Part shown: positions 1-10,863 of the stretch, in pieces
How the letters are laid out: each line of letters starts with the position of its first letter
Position numbering within the stretch: the stretch's first letter is position 1
Assembly: GCF_028291725.1 (NCBI RefSeq)
Contig: NZ_JAQGNT010000062.1
Coordinates: 2,966 to 66,965, forward strand
Source: Hydrocarboniphaga sp.
GTDB taxonomy: Bacteria; Pseudomonadota; Gammaproteobacteria; Nevskiales; Nevskiaceae
DNA length: 64,000 nucleotides
Reading direction: 5' to 3'
The notes under the pieces: generated by a model
Seen by the model: the letters and a program-made list of their open reading frames with translations, nothing else
Told to the model about the DNA's origin: nothing
Databases searched by the model: none
Position numbers and translations under genes: made by a program

Positions 1-109
1 GGAACGTCGCCTAGCGTAGCGGGCCCGGCTCGGCGCTCAGCGTTCGGCTGCGATGACCACCGCCTTGCGTGGACGCCCGCCGGAAAACCCAAGCAGTTCT
101 GGCGAGGAG

Positions 110-1549
110 ATGGCACGAATGACGGAGTTGATGCGCGAGGCCAGCCTGATCGGCGGTCAGTGGGTGACCGCCGATCAATGGATCGAAGTGGACAACCCGG
201 CTACGGGCGAGCGTATCGGTCGCGTGCCGCGCTGCAGCGGCAAGCAGACGGCTCAGGCCATCGACGCCGCCGCGCAAGCCATGATCCCGTGGTCGCGACG
301 CCCGGCCAAGGAGCGCGCCAATGTGCTGCGCTGCTACTTTGATCTGATCATCGCCAATCAAGAGCCGCTCGCCGCGCTGCTGACGCGCGAGCAGGGCAAG
401 CCGCTGGCTGAGGCGCGCAGCGAGATTATCTATGCGGCCGGTTTCATCGAGTGGTTCGGTGAGGAGGCCAAGCGCGTCTATGGCGATGTGCTGCCGAGCC
501 ACGCGGCCGACAAGCGCATCGTCGTGCTCAAGCAGCCGATCGGCGTGGTCGCGGCGATCACGCCGTGGAATTTCCCGGCGGCGATGATCACCCGCAAGAT
601 CGGCCCGGCGCTGGCTGCCGGTTGCGGCGTGGTGCTCAAGCCGGCATCGCAGACGCCGTTCACCGCGCTGGCGCTCGGCTTGCTGGCGCAGCAGGCCGGC
701 CTGCCCGACGGCCTGCTCAACGTCGTCACCGGCAGCGCCGCCGAGATCGGCGACGTGCTCACCGCCAGCGAAACCGTGCGCAAGCTGTCCTTCACCGGTT
801 CCACCGAGGTCGGTGCACGGCTCTATGCCCAGTGCGCGCCGTCGATCAAAAAGCTCAGCCTGGAACTCGGCGGCAATGCGCCCTTCATCGTCTTCGACGA
901 TGCCGACATCGACGCGGCCGTGATCGGAGCCATCCAGTCCAAGTTCCGTAACGCCGGGCAGACCTGCGTCTGCGCCAACCGCATCTACGCCCAGGCCGGC
1001 ATCCACGATACCTTCGTCGAGAAGCTGGCGGCCGCCGCCGCGGCGCTGCGCGTGGCGCCCGGCACCGAAGCGGGCTCGGAAATCGGTCCGCTGATCGACG
1101 ACAAGGCCGTGGCCAAGGTGCGCGAGCACATCGCGGACGCGGTTTCGCACGGTGCGCGCGTGGTCACGGGCGGAACGCCGCATGCGCTCGGCGGGCGTTT
1201 CTTCACGCCCACGGTACTGGCTGGCGTGACGCAGGCCATGGCGATCAGCCGTGAGGAAACCTTCGGCCCGGTCGCACCGGTGTTCCGCTTCGAGACCGAG
1301 GACGAGGTGATCGCTCAAGCCAATGACACGCCTTTCGGCCTCGCCTCGTATTTCTACGCGCGCGATATCGGCCGCGTATGGCGCGTGGCCGAGCGCATCG
1401 AAGCCGGCATCGTCGGCGTCAATACCGGCCTGATCTCCACCGAGTTGGCGCCGTTCGGCGGCGTCAAGCTGTCGGGCCTCGGACGCGAAGGCTCGCGCTA
1501 CGGCATCGACGACTACCTGGAGATCAAGTACGTCTGCCTGGGCATTTGA
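110..1549 (+). CDS. gabD: NAD(P)-dependent succinate-semialdehyde dehydrogenase
   Basis: ALDH motifs ITPWNFP, SFTGSTEVG, LELGGNAP, catalytic NAGQTCVC, EETFGP. GAGGAG RBS at about 104; start is 110 or 119. Confidence 0.9.
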   Translation: MARMTELMREASLIGGQWVTADQWIEVDNPATGERIGRVPRCSGKQTAQAIDAAAQAMIPWSRRPAKERANVLRCYFDLIIANQEPLAALLTREQGKPLAEARSEIIYAAGFIEWFGEEAKRVYGDVLPSHAADKRIVVLKQPIGVVAAITPWNFPAAMITRKIGPALAAGCGVVLKPASQTPFTALALGLLAQQAGLPDGLLNVVTGSAAEIGDVLTASETVRKLSFTGSTEVGARLYAQCAPSIKKLSLELGGNAPFIVFDDADIDAAVIGAIQSKFRNAGQTCVCANRIYAQAGIHDTFVEKLAAAAAALRVAPGTEAGSEIGPLIDDKAVAKVREHIADAVSHGARVVTGGTPHALGGRFFTPTVLAGVTQAMAISREETFGPVAPVFRFETEDEVIAQANDTPFGLASYFYARDIGRVWRVAERIEAGIVGVNTGLISTELAPFGGVKLSGLGREGSRYGIDDYLEIKYVCLGI

Positions 1550-1638
1550 CCGCCGCGCAAATCGCTTGCGCGCTTGTCGATCCTCGCGCTGCCCGTTCGT
1601 CGTCGCAATAGAGACACCACCACCCGGGAGAAACGAGG

Positions 1639-2082
1639 ATGCGGTTCATCATCACGGCACAGACGGACACGAGCGCAGCGGAAGCCGAACCTGGACGCGA
1701 CGGCGACCCGGGCCTCGACCAGGCCACGCTCGTCGCGTACATGAAGTTCAACGAAGACATGCACCAGGCTGGCGTGCTGGTTGCGTCCGAAGGGCTGAAC
1801 CCGGCCGCCCCTGGCGCCCGCATCGTCGCCCACAAGGGCAAGCGCCGCGTCGTCGACGGGCCTTTCGCAGAATCCAAAGAGCTGGTCGGCGGGTTCTACG
1901 TGATCGACGTGAAATCGCTGGACGAGGCGATCGACTGGGCCTTGCGCTGCCCGGTCGGCATGAGCAGCGCCGACGTGCTGGAAGTGCGCCAGCTCACCGG
2001 CGCATCCGACCTCCCGCCCGAGATCATGGCGATCATTTCCGCGGCGGCGCCGAACTGGAGCGCCGCCATGCTGGCGAACTGA
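1639..2082 (+). CDS. YciI/DGPF-domain protein
   Basis: DGPFAESKELVGGFY signature; GAGG RBS. Confidence 0.85.
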   Translation: MRFIITAQTDTSAAEAEPGRDGDPGLDQATLVAYMKFNEDMHQAGVLVASEGLNPAAPGARIVAHKGKRRVVDGPFAESKELVGGFYVIDVKSLDEAIDWALRCPVGMSSADVLEVRQLTGASDLPPEIMAIISAAAPNWSAAMLAN

Positions 2083-2231
2083 GCCAGCGATGCCCGATCA
2101 GCGCTTTCCGTGATGAGCATCACATAAAGCCGCCGCCGATCACCCGACACTCAGATCATCTGAGATCACGCGGGGATTGCGATGCCGGTGTTGACGGGAA
2201 GAGCCGCGAGAATTGCCGAGGGCCTGGACCG

Positions 2232-2399
2232 ATGTGGGACGGAGTAATCGTCGGCACCGGCCTGTCGGCGCTCGGCGGCTTCGTGCTGATCGAGTCCGGC
2301 GATCGGCATCAGGCGGTGGCCGGCGGCGGCTTGCTGGCGGTGGGCATGCTGTTGCTGGTGATCTCGGTGCGCCTGCTCCGCCGCGGGCGGCGGCGCTAG
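2232..2399 (+). CDS. possible 55-aa two-TM membrane peptide
   Basis: Two hydrophobic stretches followed by an Arg-rich tail (MWDGVIVGTGLSALGGFVLI...LLRRGRRR). No strong RBS. Confidence 0.35.
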   Translation: MWDGVIVGTGLSALGGFVLIESGDRHQAVAGGGLLAVGMLLLVISVRLLRRGRRR

Positions 2400-2430
2400 T
2401 GTCGTGAGTCATGGCAAGCGTCGCGCCACT

Positions 2431-2510
2431 GTAGGTCGGCAATCCCTTGCCGACGTGTACCCCCGGATGCGCAATCGCCGCCTCATGTCGGCAAGGGATT
2501 GCCGACCTAC
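2431..2510. repeat. REP family A inverted doublet (GTAGGTCGGCAATCCCTTGCCGAC)
   Basis: Two inverted 24-bp GTAG-headed palindromes with a spacer related to other copies. Confidence 0.9.
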
Positions 2511-2513
2511 GGG

Positions 2514-3551
2514 TCACCGGGCGGCGATCGCCCCGGCCTTGCGGTAGTACGTCGGTGCAACCCCGTGCCAACGCTTGAACGCCTGCGAGAAGCTCGACAG
2601 ATCGGCGAAGCCCAGGCGCATCGCGATCTCGGTCAGCGACAGGCGCGAATCACGCAGCATTTCGTCGGCCATCGCGCGACGTGACTCGGCGAGCAGCTCG
2701 CGGAACGAGGTGCTCTCGTTTTTCAGCCGCCGCTTCAGGGTGCGCTCGCTGGTATTGCCGAGCCGCGCCATCGACGCCAGATCCGGCGCGACGCTACCCG
2801 GCACGCTCAGATACTGACGCACGAGCGACGCCGTGCTGGAGCGTGCCCGGCGCCGCTCCAGCAGCTCGCTGCACAGCTGATGGCACATCGCCGCGGTGAT
2901 CGGATTGGCCTGAGGCAGCGCGCGCGGCAAAAAAACTCGATCGAACGCCAGGCTGTTGGTCGCGGCACCGTAGCTCGGCTGCGTGCCGAACAGGCTGCGC
3001 AGCTCGGTTGCGGCTTTCGGTGGTCGCTTCGGTTCCGGCGCCCGGAACCTGAGCCGCGAAATCATCAGATCGGGGCCGGCGATTTCGCGCATCAGCGTCG
3101 CCGCGGCGGCCATGTCGCGCTCCACCAGGAAGCGCCGCAGATCAGGAGCCAGATCGGGTTCGCCGAAGCTCAGTACCGCAAGCTCGCCTTCCTCGTGCAG
3201 CGTGATCAAGGTGAACGCATAAGTCAGCGGCAGGAAGCGCAGGGCCAGTCTCAGCGCGTCGGCGACCGTGGCGCTGCTGATCAGGCCGTAACCCCAGAGC
3301 CCGTAAGTCGAGAAGTGGTAGCGCAGCCCGACCTCGATACCGAAACGGCTCGGGCCTTCGGACAGCCTGAGCAGATTGCCGATCACACGCAGCTCCTGCG
3401 CCGCCGACAGTTCGGTGTTCGGGTCATCGAGTTGAGGCAGCGACAGGCCGCTGCCTCGCAGCAGCGGCTCGGCCGCCATGCCGCGCTCGCGGCCGAACTC
3501 GACCAGCAGCCGGGCGCTGGCAGTGCTGCGTTTGAAGTCCCAGAAGCTCAG
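2514..3551 (-). CDS. AraC-family transcriptional regulator (Arabinose_bd_2 + HTH)
   Basis: C-terminal LSLTEIAMRLGFADLSSFSQAFKRW and TSERTLKRRL HTH motifs. Divergent from the GMC gene. Start uncertain (CTG 3551 or ATG 3653). Confidence 0.85.
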   Translation of the reverse strand: MSFWDFKRSTASARLLVEFGRERGMAAEPLLRGSGLSLPQLDDPNTELSAAQELRVIGNLLRLSEGPSRFGIEVGLRYHFSTYGLWGYGLISSATVADALRLALRFLPLTYAFTLITLHEEGELAVLSFGEPDLAPDLRRFLVERDMAAAATLMREIAGPDLMISRLRFRAPEPKRPPKAATELRSLFGTQPSYGAATNSLAFDRVFLPRALPQANPITAAMCHQLCSELLERRRARSSTASLVRQYLSVPGSVAPDLASMARLGNTSERTLKRRLKNESTSFRELLAESRRAMADEMLRDSRLSLTEIAMRLGFADLSSFSQAFKRWHGVAPTYYRKAGAIAAR

Positions 3552-3718
3552 AACGGACTCGCTTATTTGGACCGGGTGTTGGCCCCGATAATAAAGCGAC
3601 TGTCCCCGATCGTCATTGTTTCGCGCTTGGGCCGGACGCAACATGGACCGCATGACAGCGGCCATCGGCCGACGAGCACCGGCTCCAGCCGGCGCCACAG
3701 CGAGAGAGGACGGCAGCG

Positions 3719-5380
3719 ATGAGCGAGGTATTCGATTTTGTCGTAGTCGGTGGCGGTTCCGGCGGTTGCGTGGTGGCCGGGCGGCTGAGTGAAGATCAGG
3801 ACGTGAGCGTCTGCGTGCTCGAAGCCGGTGGCGGTGGCGACAGCGCACTGGTCAACGTCCCGGTCGGCACCGTCGCGATGATGCCGACCAGCATCAACAA
3901 CTGGGCATTCGAAACCGTGCCGCAGGCCGGGCTCGGCGGCCGCCGCGGTTATCAGCCGCGCGGCCGGGTGCTGGGCGGCTCCTCCGCGATCAATGCGATG
4001 GTCTACGTGCGCGGCCATCGCAGCGACTACGATCATTGGGCCGCGCTCGGCAACAGCGGCTGGTCGTTCGACGAGGTGCTGCCCTACTTTCTGCGCAGCG
4101 AGCACAACCAGCGCATCGACAACGCCTGGCATGGCCGCGGCGGGCCGCTGTGGGTCAGCGACTCGCGCACCGACAATCCGATCCACGCACGCTACCTGGA
4201 AGCGGCGCGGCAGACCGGGCTGCCGGTCACCGACGATTTCAACGGCGCCGAGCAGGAAGGCATCGGCATCTATCAGCTCACGCAGCAGCACGGCCGGCGT
4301 TGCAGCGCGGCGCGCGCCTATCTGCTGCCGCATGTCGCATATCGCGACAACCTGTCGGTGCAGACGCATATGCAGGTTCAGCGGATTCTGTTCGAAGGCC
4401 GGCGCGCGGTCGGCGTCGAGGTATTGCAGGACGGCAGACTGCGCACGATACGAGCGCGCCGCGAGGTGATACTCGCTGCGGGCGCTTTCCAGTCACCGCA
4501 GATGCTGATGCTGTCCGGCGTCGGCGATGCGGCGGAACTCGCCGGGCTCGGCATCACCGCGGTGCATCACCTGCCGGGCGTCGGCAAGAATTTGCAGGAC
4601 CATCCGGATTTCATTTTCGGCTACGAATCCAGCAGCCTCGACACGATGGGCGTGTCGCTGGGCGGCAGCCTGCGGATGCTGCGCGAGATCTCGCGGTATC
4701 GCAAAAGCGGACGCGGCGCCATCACCTCGAATTTCGCCGAAGGCGGCGGCTTTCTGAAGACGCGGCCCGAGCTGGGCGCGCCGAATATCCAGCTGCATTT
4801 CGTCGTCGCGCTGGTCGATGACCACGCGCGCAAATTCCACTTCGGCCACGGCCTGTCATGCCACGTCTGCCTGCTGCGGCCGCGCAGCGCCGGCTCGGTC
4901 GCCTTGAGCAGCCGCGATCCGGCTGCGCTGCCGCTGATCGATCCGGCGTTCTTAAAAGATCCGCGCGATGTCGAGGAAATGGTCGAAGGTTTCAAACTGA
5001 CCCGGAAGCTGATGCAGGCGCCGGCACTGGCCGAGCTGTGCCGCAAGGATCTGTTCACCGCCGACGTGCACAGCGACGACGAAATCCGCGAGGTGTTGCG
5101 GCGCCGCACCGACACCGTCTATCACCCGGTCGGCACCTGCAAGATGGGCATCGACACGATGGCGGTCGTCGATCCGCAGCTGCGGGTCCATGGCATCGAG
5201 GGCCTGCGCGTCGTCGACGCGTCGGTGATGCCGGCGCTGATCGGCGGCAATACCAATGCGCCGACGATCATGATCGCCGAGAAAGCGGTCGACATGATTC
5301 GCGGCTTTTTCGGCGCGCGCGAAATCCCCGCTCGTGCGACACCCATCAACGCCGAAGAGACCCGCCATGCGATCGCCTGA
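3719..5380 (+). CDS. GMC-family FAD oxidoreductase (alcohol/choline dehydrogenase-like)
   Basis: GGGSGG FAD motif, GRVLGGSSAINAMVYVRG, YHPVGTCKMG, GLRVVDASVMP, NTNAPTIMIAEK. Confidence 0.92.
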   Translation: MSEVFDFVVVGGGSGGCVVAGRLSEDQDVSVCVLEAGGGGDSALVNVPVGTVAMMPTSINNWAFETVPQAGLGGRRGYQPRGRVLGGSSAINAMVYVRGHRSDYDHWAALGNSGWSFDEVLPYFLRSEHNQRIDNAWHGRGGPLWVSDSRTDNPIHARYLEAARQTGLPVTDDFNGAEQEGIGIYQLTQQHGRRCSAARAYLLPHVAYRDNLSVQTHMQVQRILFEGRRAVGVEVLQDGRLRTIRARREVILAAGAFQSPQMLMLSGVGDAAELAGLGITAVHHLPGVGKNLQDHPDFIFGYESSSLDTMGVSLGGSLRMLREISRYRKSGRGAITSNFAEGGGFLKTRPELGAPNIQLHFVVALVDDHARKFHFGHGLSCHVCLLRPRSAGSVALSSRDPAALPLIDPAFLKDPRDVEEMVEGFKLTRKLMQAPALAELCRKDLFTADVHSDDEIREVLRRRTDTVYHPVGTCKMGIDTMAVVDPQLRVHGIEGLRVVDASVMPALIGGNTNAPTIMIAEKAVDMIRGFFGAREIPARATPINAEETRHAIA

Positions 5381-7865
5381 TCCTCAACTGCTGGCACAAA
5401 TGTCGCGGCCGCTGGCCGCGGTGATTATCGGCAGCGGCTTCGCCGGCATCGGCATCGCGATCGCGCTGCGCAGGCAGGGCGTGCTGGATTTCGTCATCGT
5501 CGAGAAGGCCGCGGACGTCGGCGGCGTGTGGCGCGACAACTGTTATCCGGGTGCGGCCTGCGACGTGCCCTCGCATCTGTACTCGTTCTCGTTCGAGCCG
5601 AATCCGCACTGGTCGCATGTGTTCGCGCCGCAGGCCGAGATCCACCAGTACCTGCAGCACTGCGTGCAGAAATACGATCTGCTCCGGCACATCCGTTTCA
5701 GCTGCGAAGTCGAGCAGGCGCAGTTCGACGAGCAGCAGAACCTGTGGAACGTGAGCCTGGCCGGCGGTGCCAGCCTGAGCGCGACGCTGCTGATCAGCGC
5801 GACCGGCCAGCTCAGCCGGCCGGCGTATCCGCGCCTGCCGGGCATCGAGGATTTTGCCGGACGCAGCTTCCATTCCGCGCGCTGGGACCGCGACTACGCA
5901 CTGCAGGGAAAGCGCGTCGCGGTGATCGGCACCGGCGCATCGGCGATCCAGTTCGTGCCGGCGATCGCCGGCCAGGTGCAGCAGCTGACACTGTTTCAGC
6001 GCTCCGGCGCCTACCTCATGGCGCGCTCCGATCGTGCCTACAGCAGCTGGGAGCGCGCGCTGTGCCGGCGCTTTCCCTGGACGATGAAGCTGTACCGCGT
6101 CGGCACCTATCTGCGCTACGAGACGCGCGCGCTGGCGTTCACACGCTTCAAGCCGCTGATGCACATCGCGGTCGGCTGGCCGTTCAAGAGACTGCTGGCC
6201 ACGCAGGTGCCGGATGCAGCGCTGCGCGAGCGGCTGATGCCAGACTATCCGATCGGCTGCAAGCGCGTGCTGCTGTCCGACGACTACCTGGCCGCGGTCA
6301 CGCGTCCGAATGTCGAACTGGTGACCGAGAGCATCCGCCGCATCACCAGCAGCGGCATCGAAACCGCCGACGGCCGGCATCACGAGGTCGACGTGCTCGT
6401 CTACGGCACCGGATTCGCGGCCACCGAATTTCTGACGCCAATGCGCATCCGCGGCAGCGGCGGCCTCGATCTGAACCAGGCCTGGCGCCGCGGCGCGATG
6501 GCCTACCTGGGCATGACGGTGCCGCACTTCCCGAACTTCTTCATGCTGTACGGCCCCAACACCAATCTCGGCCACAACTCGATCGTCTACATGCTCGAAA
6601 GCCAGATCGCGCATCTGATGCGCTGCTTCAAAGCGATGCGTGCCAGCGGCATGACGCGCATCGAGGTGGAAAGCCGGCGCTATCGCCAATACAACCTCGG
6701 CATCCAGCAGCGGCTGAGCGGCACCGTCTGGAACGGCTGCAGCAGCTGGTATGTCGACGCCAACGGCCACAACAGCACCAACTGGCCCGGCTTCACCTTG
6801 AGCTACCGCTGGCTGACGCGGCACACCAGCCTGCAGGCGTATCGCTTGACGCATCACGCGGTCAGCCCGGTCGCCGGCTCCGGCACACAATGGATCGCCG
6901 AGCCGGATGGCCGGGTCGAGCGCGCGTTCGCGGCCTTTCTGCGCGGCGTATTGCGCAGCTGCTTCCGGGTATTGATCGGGCCGCCATTCGGCGCCGTGTT
7001 CCAGCGCCGAGTGGTCGCGACGCTGGCGCTGTTGATGCCCGGACGCGGCGGTGTGTTGCGCTATCGCAGCAGCGCGCGCGGTGTACCGGTCGAAATCAAT
7101 GCGCCCCGTGCCGGCGAGGCCGGCGGTGCGATGCTGTATCTCCACGGCGGCGCGTTCTGTCTAGGCGGACCGTGGACGCATCGCAATATCAGCTCGCATC
7201 TGGCGTTCGAGGCCGGCATGTCGGTCTGGGTTCCGGTGTACCGGCTCGCGCCCGAACACCCGTATCCGGCCGCGATCAACGATGCCTTCGACTGCTATCG
7301 GGCGATGCTCGAGCACGGCTATCGCGCCGAGCAAATCGTGATCGCCGGCGACTCGGCCGGCGGCTCGCTGGCCCTGGTGCTGGCGCTGCTGCTGCGCGAG
7401 CGCGGCTACGCGATGCCGGCCGGCCTGGCGCTGATCTCGCCGGTCACCGACGCCAGCCTGGCCGGCGCGACGATCCGCGATCTCGCCGGTACCGATCCGA
7501 TGCTGCGCAAGGGCTGGGTCGAACAGGGCATCGCCTGGTACGCGGCGCCGTCCGGTGCCGGCAGCTCGGTGCTTGAGCAGGATCTGCGCGGCCTGCCGCC
7601 GATGATCGTGCAGGTCGGCGACCAGGAGATCCTGCTGTCGGATTCCACGCGTCTTGCCGAGCGCGCCGCGGCTTGTGGCGTGAGCTGCGATCTGCAGATC
7701 TACATGGGCCGCTGGCACGTGTTCCATCTGCAGGCGCTGTATCTGCGCTCGGCCGGGCGCGCGCTGCAGGCGCTGGCCGACTTCGCCAGGATGCGCGTTG
7801 CCGGCAAACGGATCGGCGTCGCCGCTACTGCCCGCAATGAAACCAGCCGGGCGCTCGAGTCGTAG
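5367..7865 (+). CDS. Baeyer-Villiger monooxygenase fused to HSL-family alpha/beta esterase
   Basis: GSGFAG, BVMO fingerprint FAGRSFHSARWD, GTGASA. C-terminal HGGAF, GDSAGG, WHVF. Confidence 0.9.
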   Translation: MRSPDPQLLAQMSRPLAAVIIGSGFAGIGIAIALRRQGVLDFVIVEKAADVGGVWRDNCYPGAACDVPSHLYSFSFEPNPHWSHVFAPQAEIHQYLQHCVQKYDLLRHIRFSCEVEQAQFDEQQNLWNVSLAGGASLSATLLISATGQLSRPAYPRLPGIEDFAGRSFHSARWDRDYALQGKRVAVIGTGASAIQFVPAIAGQVQQLTLFQRSGAYLMARSDRAYSSWERALCRRFPWTMKLYRVGTYLRYETRALAFTRFKPLMHIAVGWPFKRLLATQVPDAALRERLMPDYPIGCKRVLLSDDYLAAVTRPNVELVTESIRRITSSGIETADGRHHEVDVLVYGTGFAATEFLTPMRIRGSGGLDLNQAWRRGAMAYLGMTVPHFPNFFMLYGPNTNLGHNSIVYMLESQIAHLMRCFKAMRASGMTRIEVESRRYRQYNLGIQQRLSGTVWNGCSSWYVDANGHNSTNWPGFTLSYRWLTRHTSLQAYRLTHHAVSPVAGSGTQWIAEPDGRVERAFAAFLRGVLRSCFRVLIGPPFGAVFQRRVVATLALLMPGRGGVLRYRSSARGVPVEINAPRAGEAGGAMLYLHGGAFCLGGPWTHRNISSHLAFEAGMSVWVPVYRLAPEHPYPAAINDAFDCYRAMLEHGYRAEQIVIAGDSAGGSLALVLALLLRERGYAMPAGLALISPVTDASLAGATIRDLAGTDPMLRKGWVEQGIAWYAAPSGAGSSVLEQDLRGLPPMIVQVGDQEILLSDSTRLAERAAACGVSCDLQIYMGRWHVFHLQALYLRSAGRALQALADFARMRVAGKRIGVAATARNETSRALES

Positions 7866-7940
7866 GTCGGCAATCCTTTGCCGACGTGAAGCCCCGATTG
7901 CGCATCGAAGGTACACGTCGGCAAGGGATTGCCGACCTAC
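7862..7940. repeat. REP family A doublet
   Basis: Same palindrome pair; its GTAG supplies the TAG stop of the BVMO gene. Confidence 0.9.
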
Positions 7941-8047
7941 GAGCCAGCCGTCCCGGCCCTGTGACTCAGCTTGCGCTATGCAGCCGCTAGGGGGATGCTG
8001 ATCGCGAACTCATCGCATCACGCGAGCGAGGCGTAGGAGACTCATAC

Positions 8048-8248
8048 TTGATTTGCAAAGCATGTTCGGGCCAGATCGGCCTTGCGGCGGTGTGGCGCCC
8101 CCACAGCCGGCTGCGAGCGCCGGGCTCGGCTGGAACCATGGGCTTCAGCGCGTCCCCGAACCAGAAGCTCTACGCCTGCTCCGACTGTGAAACCGTACTG
8201 GTGAAAGGCCGCAATACCGGCTGGTCGGCCGCCATCAGGCTGGCCTGA
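8048..8248 (+). CDS. small zinc-ribbon-like hypothetical protein
   Basis: AGGAGA RBS, TTG start, CKAC...CSDC cysteine pairs. Confidence 0.55.
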   Translation: MICKACSGQIGLAAVWRPHSRLRAPGSAGTMGFSASPNQKLYACSDCETVLVKGRNTGWSAAIRLA

Positions 8249-8356
8249 ACTTCTGACTCACGGTACTAGCGCAGTTCGGCGCCGCTGGCTAGCCTTGGAT
8301 TCGCGGCGCTCAGACGGTATCGTCGCGGCCCGTTTTATACGCAGACCCGCCACCGC

Positions 8357-10702
8357 ATGAGTTCCATCGCCAACCGCCTTAACCAGACTATTCGCCAGAC
8401 TATTCTTCAGACCATCGCTGCCGAAATCGGCGCGCAGGCCCGGCAGGTCGACGCGGCGGTGAGTCTGCTCGACGAAGGCGCGACGGTTCCGTTCATCGCG
8501 CGCTACCGCAAGGAAGTCACCGGCGGACTCGACGACACGCAGCTGCGCAAACTCGAAGAACGGCTCGGTTATCTGCGCGAACTCGAGGATCGCCGCGAGG
8601 CGGTGATCGACTCGATCCGCAGCCAGGGGAAACTCGCCGACGAGCTTCACGCCAAGCTGCTGGCAGCGACGACCAAGTCCGAAGTCGAGGATCTTTATCT
8701 CCCATACAAGCCGAAGCGTCGCAGCCGCGCCGAAATCGCTCGCGAGCGCGGGCTGGAACCGCTGGCGGATTGCTTGCTGCAGGATCGCAAGCTGATTCCG
8801 ATCGAAGCGGCAGCCGCCTTCGTGCAAAACGAAGTCACCGACGTGATCACTGCTGTGAAAGGGGCGCTCGAAGGCGCGCGCGACATTCTGATGGAGCGCT
8901 TCAGCGAGGACGCGGCGCTGCTCGGCAAGCTGCGCCACTACCTGCGCGAGCGCGGCCTGCTGCGCTCGCGCGTGTTCGACGACAAGAAGGAATCGGGAGC
9001 CAAGTTCTCCGACTACTTCGAGCACAGCGAGCCCTGGTCGAAAGTCGCCGGGCATCGCGCGCTGGCGATGATGCGCGGACGCAACGAAGACATCCTGATG
9101 CTGGAAATCGAGATCGATGCCGACGACGTAGCGCCGGTGAAGCCGGTCGAACGCATGATCGCCGAGACCATGGCGATCCGCGCCGATGGCGGCGCGGCCG
9201 ACGCCTGGCTAATGGACGTGGTGCGCTGGACCTGGCGCGTGAAACTGTCGACGAACATTTCGGTCGACCTGATGATGGAGCTGCGCCAGCGCGCTGAAGC
9301 TGAGGCGATACAGGTGTTCGCCGATAATCTGAAGGATCTGCTGCTTGCCGCCCCTGCGGGCTCGCGGCCGACCCTCGGACTCGATCCGGGCGTGCGCACC
9401 GGCGTCAAGATCGCGGCGATCGACGGCACCGGCAAAGTGCTGGATACCTCGGTGATCTATCCGTTCCAGCCGCGCAACGACCTGCGCGGCTCGCAGGCCG
9501 AACTGGCACGTCTGATCAGGAAGCACGGCATCGAGCTGATCGCGATCGGCAATGGCACTGCCAGCCGCGAAACCGAAAAACTGGTCGCGGAACTATTGCC
9601 GCTGCTGCCGGAACCACGGCCGCGCAGCGTCGTCGTCAGTGAGGCCGGTGCATCGGTCTATTCGGCATCCGAGACCGCCGCCAACGAATTCCCGAATATG
9701 GACGTAACCCTGCGCGGCGCGGTGTCGATCGCGCGGCGCCTGCAGGACCCGCTGGCGGAGCTGGTGAAGATCGACCCCAAAGCGATCGGCGTTGGTCAGT
9801 ATCAACACGACGTCGACCAGTATCGCCTGGCGAAGTCGCTGGATGCGGTCGTCGAAGACGCGGTGAATGCGGTCGGTGTCGATCTCAATACTGCGTCGGC
9901 TTCGCTGTTGTCGCGCGTGTCCGGGCTCAGCAGCAACCTGGCCGAAGCGATCGTCGTGCACCGCAATGCCAGCGGCGCATTCAAGACCCGCAAGCAGCTG
10001 CTCGACGTCACCCGCCTTGGACCGAAGACTTTCGAGCAGTGCGCCGGATTCCTGCGTATCCGCGACGGCGCCGAGCCGCTCGATGCCTCGTCGGTACATC
10101 CCGAGGCCTACTCGGTCGCGAGCCGCATCGTGAGGGCTTGCGGGCGCGATCTGCGCAGCCTGATGAGCGACAGCGCGGCGCTGAAAAAGCTCGACCCGCG
10201 CGATTTCGTCGACGCGCGTTTCGGCCTGCCGACGGTGCGTGACATCCTCACTGAGTTGGAGAAGCCCGGCCGCGATCCGCGCCCGGAATTCCGCACGGCG
10301 ACTTTCGCCGAAGGCGTCAACGAAGTCGCCGACCTGAAGCCCGGCATGATGCTCGAGGGCACGGTCACCAATGTCGCCGCGTTCGGCGCCTTCGTCGATA
10401 TCGGCGTGCATCAGGACGGTCTCGTCCACGTCTCACAACTCTCCGACCGCTTCGTCAAAGATCCGCGTGACGTGGTCAAGGCGGGGCAGATCGTCAAGGT
10501 ACGCGTCGTCGATGTGGATCTGAAACGTCAGCGCATCGCGCTGTCGATGAAGAAGGACGACGGCAGCACGCCGACGGTCGCCGGCTCGCGCAGCGACAGC
10601 ACGCGGGCACCGGACCGGCGCAGCACCAGGCCGCCGGCGAAAACTGCAGCACCGGTGGGTTCGCTGGGCTCGGCGCTCGCCGACGCGTTCAAGCGCAAAT
10701 AG
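8357..10702 (+). CDS. tex: Tex family RNA-binding transcription accessory protein
   Basis: [16 protein letters not shown], YqgF-like GLDPG, HhH repeats, S1 domain [15 protein letters not shown]. Confidence 0.95.
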   Translation: MSSIANRLNQTIRQTILQTIAAEIGAQARQVDAAVSLLDEGATVPFIARYRKEVTGGLDDTQLRKLEERLGYLRELEDRREAVIDSIRSQGKLADELHAKLLAATTKSEVEDLYLPYKPKRRSRAEIARERGLEPLADCLLQDRKLIPIEAAAAFVQNEVTDVITAVKGALEGARDILMERFSEDAALLGKLRHYLRERGLLRSRVFDDKKESGAKFSDYFEHSEPWSKVAGHRALAMMRGRNEDILMLEIEIDADDVAPVKPVERMIAETMAIRADGGAADAWLMDVVRWTWRVKLSTNISVDLMMELRQRAEAEAIQVFADNLKDLLLAAPAGSRPTLGLDPGVRTGVKIAAIDGTGKVLDTSVIYPFQPRNDLRGSQAELARLIRKHGIELIAIGNGTASRETEKLVAELLPLLPEPRPRSVVVSEAGASVYSASETAANEFPNMDVTLRGAVSIARRLQDPLAELVKIDPKAIGVGQYQHDVDQYRLAKSLDAVVEDAVNAVGVDLNTASASLLSRVSGLSSNLAEAIVVHRNASGAFKTRKQLLDVTRLGPKTFEQCAGFLRIRDGAEPLDASSVHPEAYSVASRIVRACGRDLRSLMSDSAALKKLDPRDFVDARFGLPTVRDILTELEKPGRDPRPEFRTATFAEGVNEVADLKPGMMLEGTVTNVAAFGAFVDIGVHQDGLVHVSQLSDRFVKDPRDVVKAGQIVKVRVVDVDLKRQRIALSMKKDDGSTPTVAGSRSDSTRAPDRRSTRPPAKTAAPVGSLGSALADAFKRK

Positions 10703-10707
10703 CAGCA

Positions 10708-10855
10708 TCAGCGAAACCCCGTTCCTCCCGAGGAGCCGGGCTCCTGCGCCAGCCAGTCAATGAACACGCGCACGCGCGGCGACAGCTGGCGGTACTTCGG
10801 GTACAGCAGCGACACCGGCAACGGTGTCGGCGGATGCGCCGGCAGGACCTGCAGC
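10708..10855 (-). pseudogene. C-terminal remnant of a LysR regulator
   Basis: VLPAHPPTPLPVSLLYPKYRQLSPRVRVFIDWL is a typical LysR C-terminus; no N-terminal part present. Confidence 0.65.
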
Positions 10856-10863
10856 GGCAGGAT

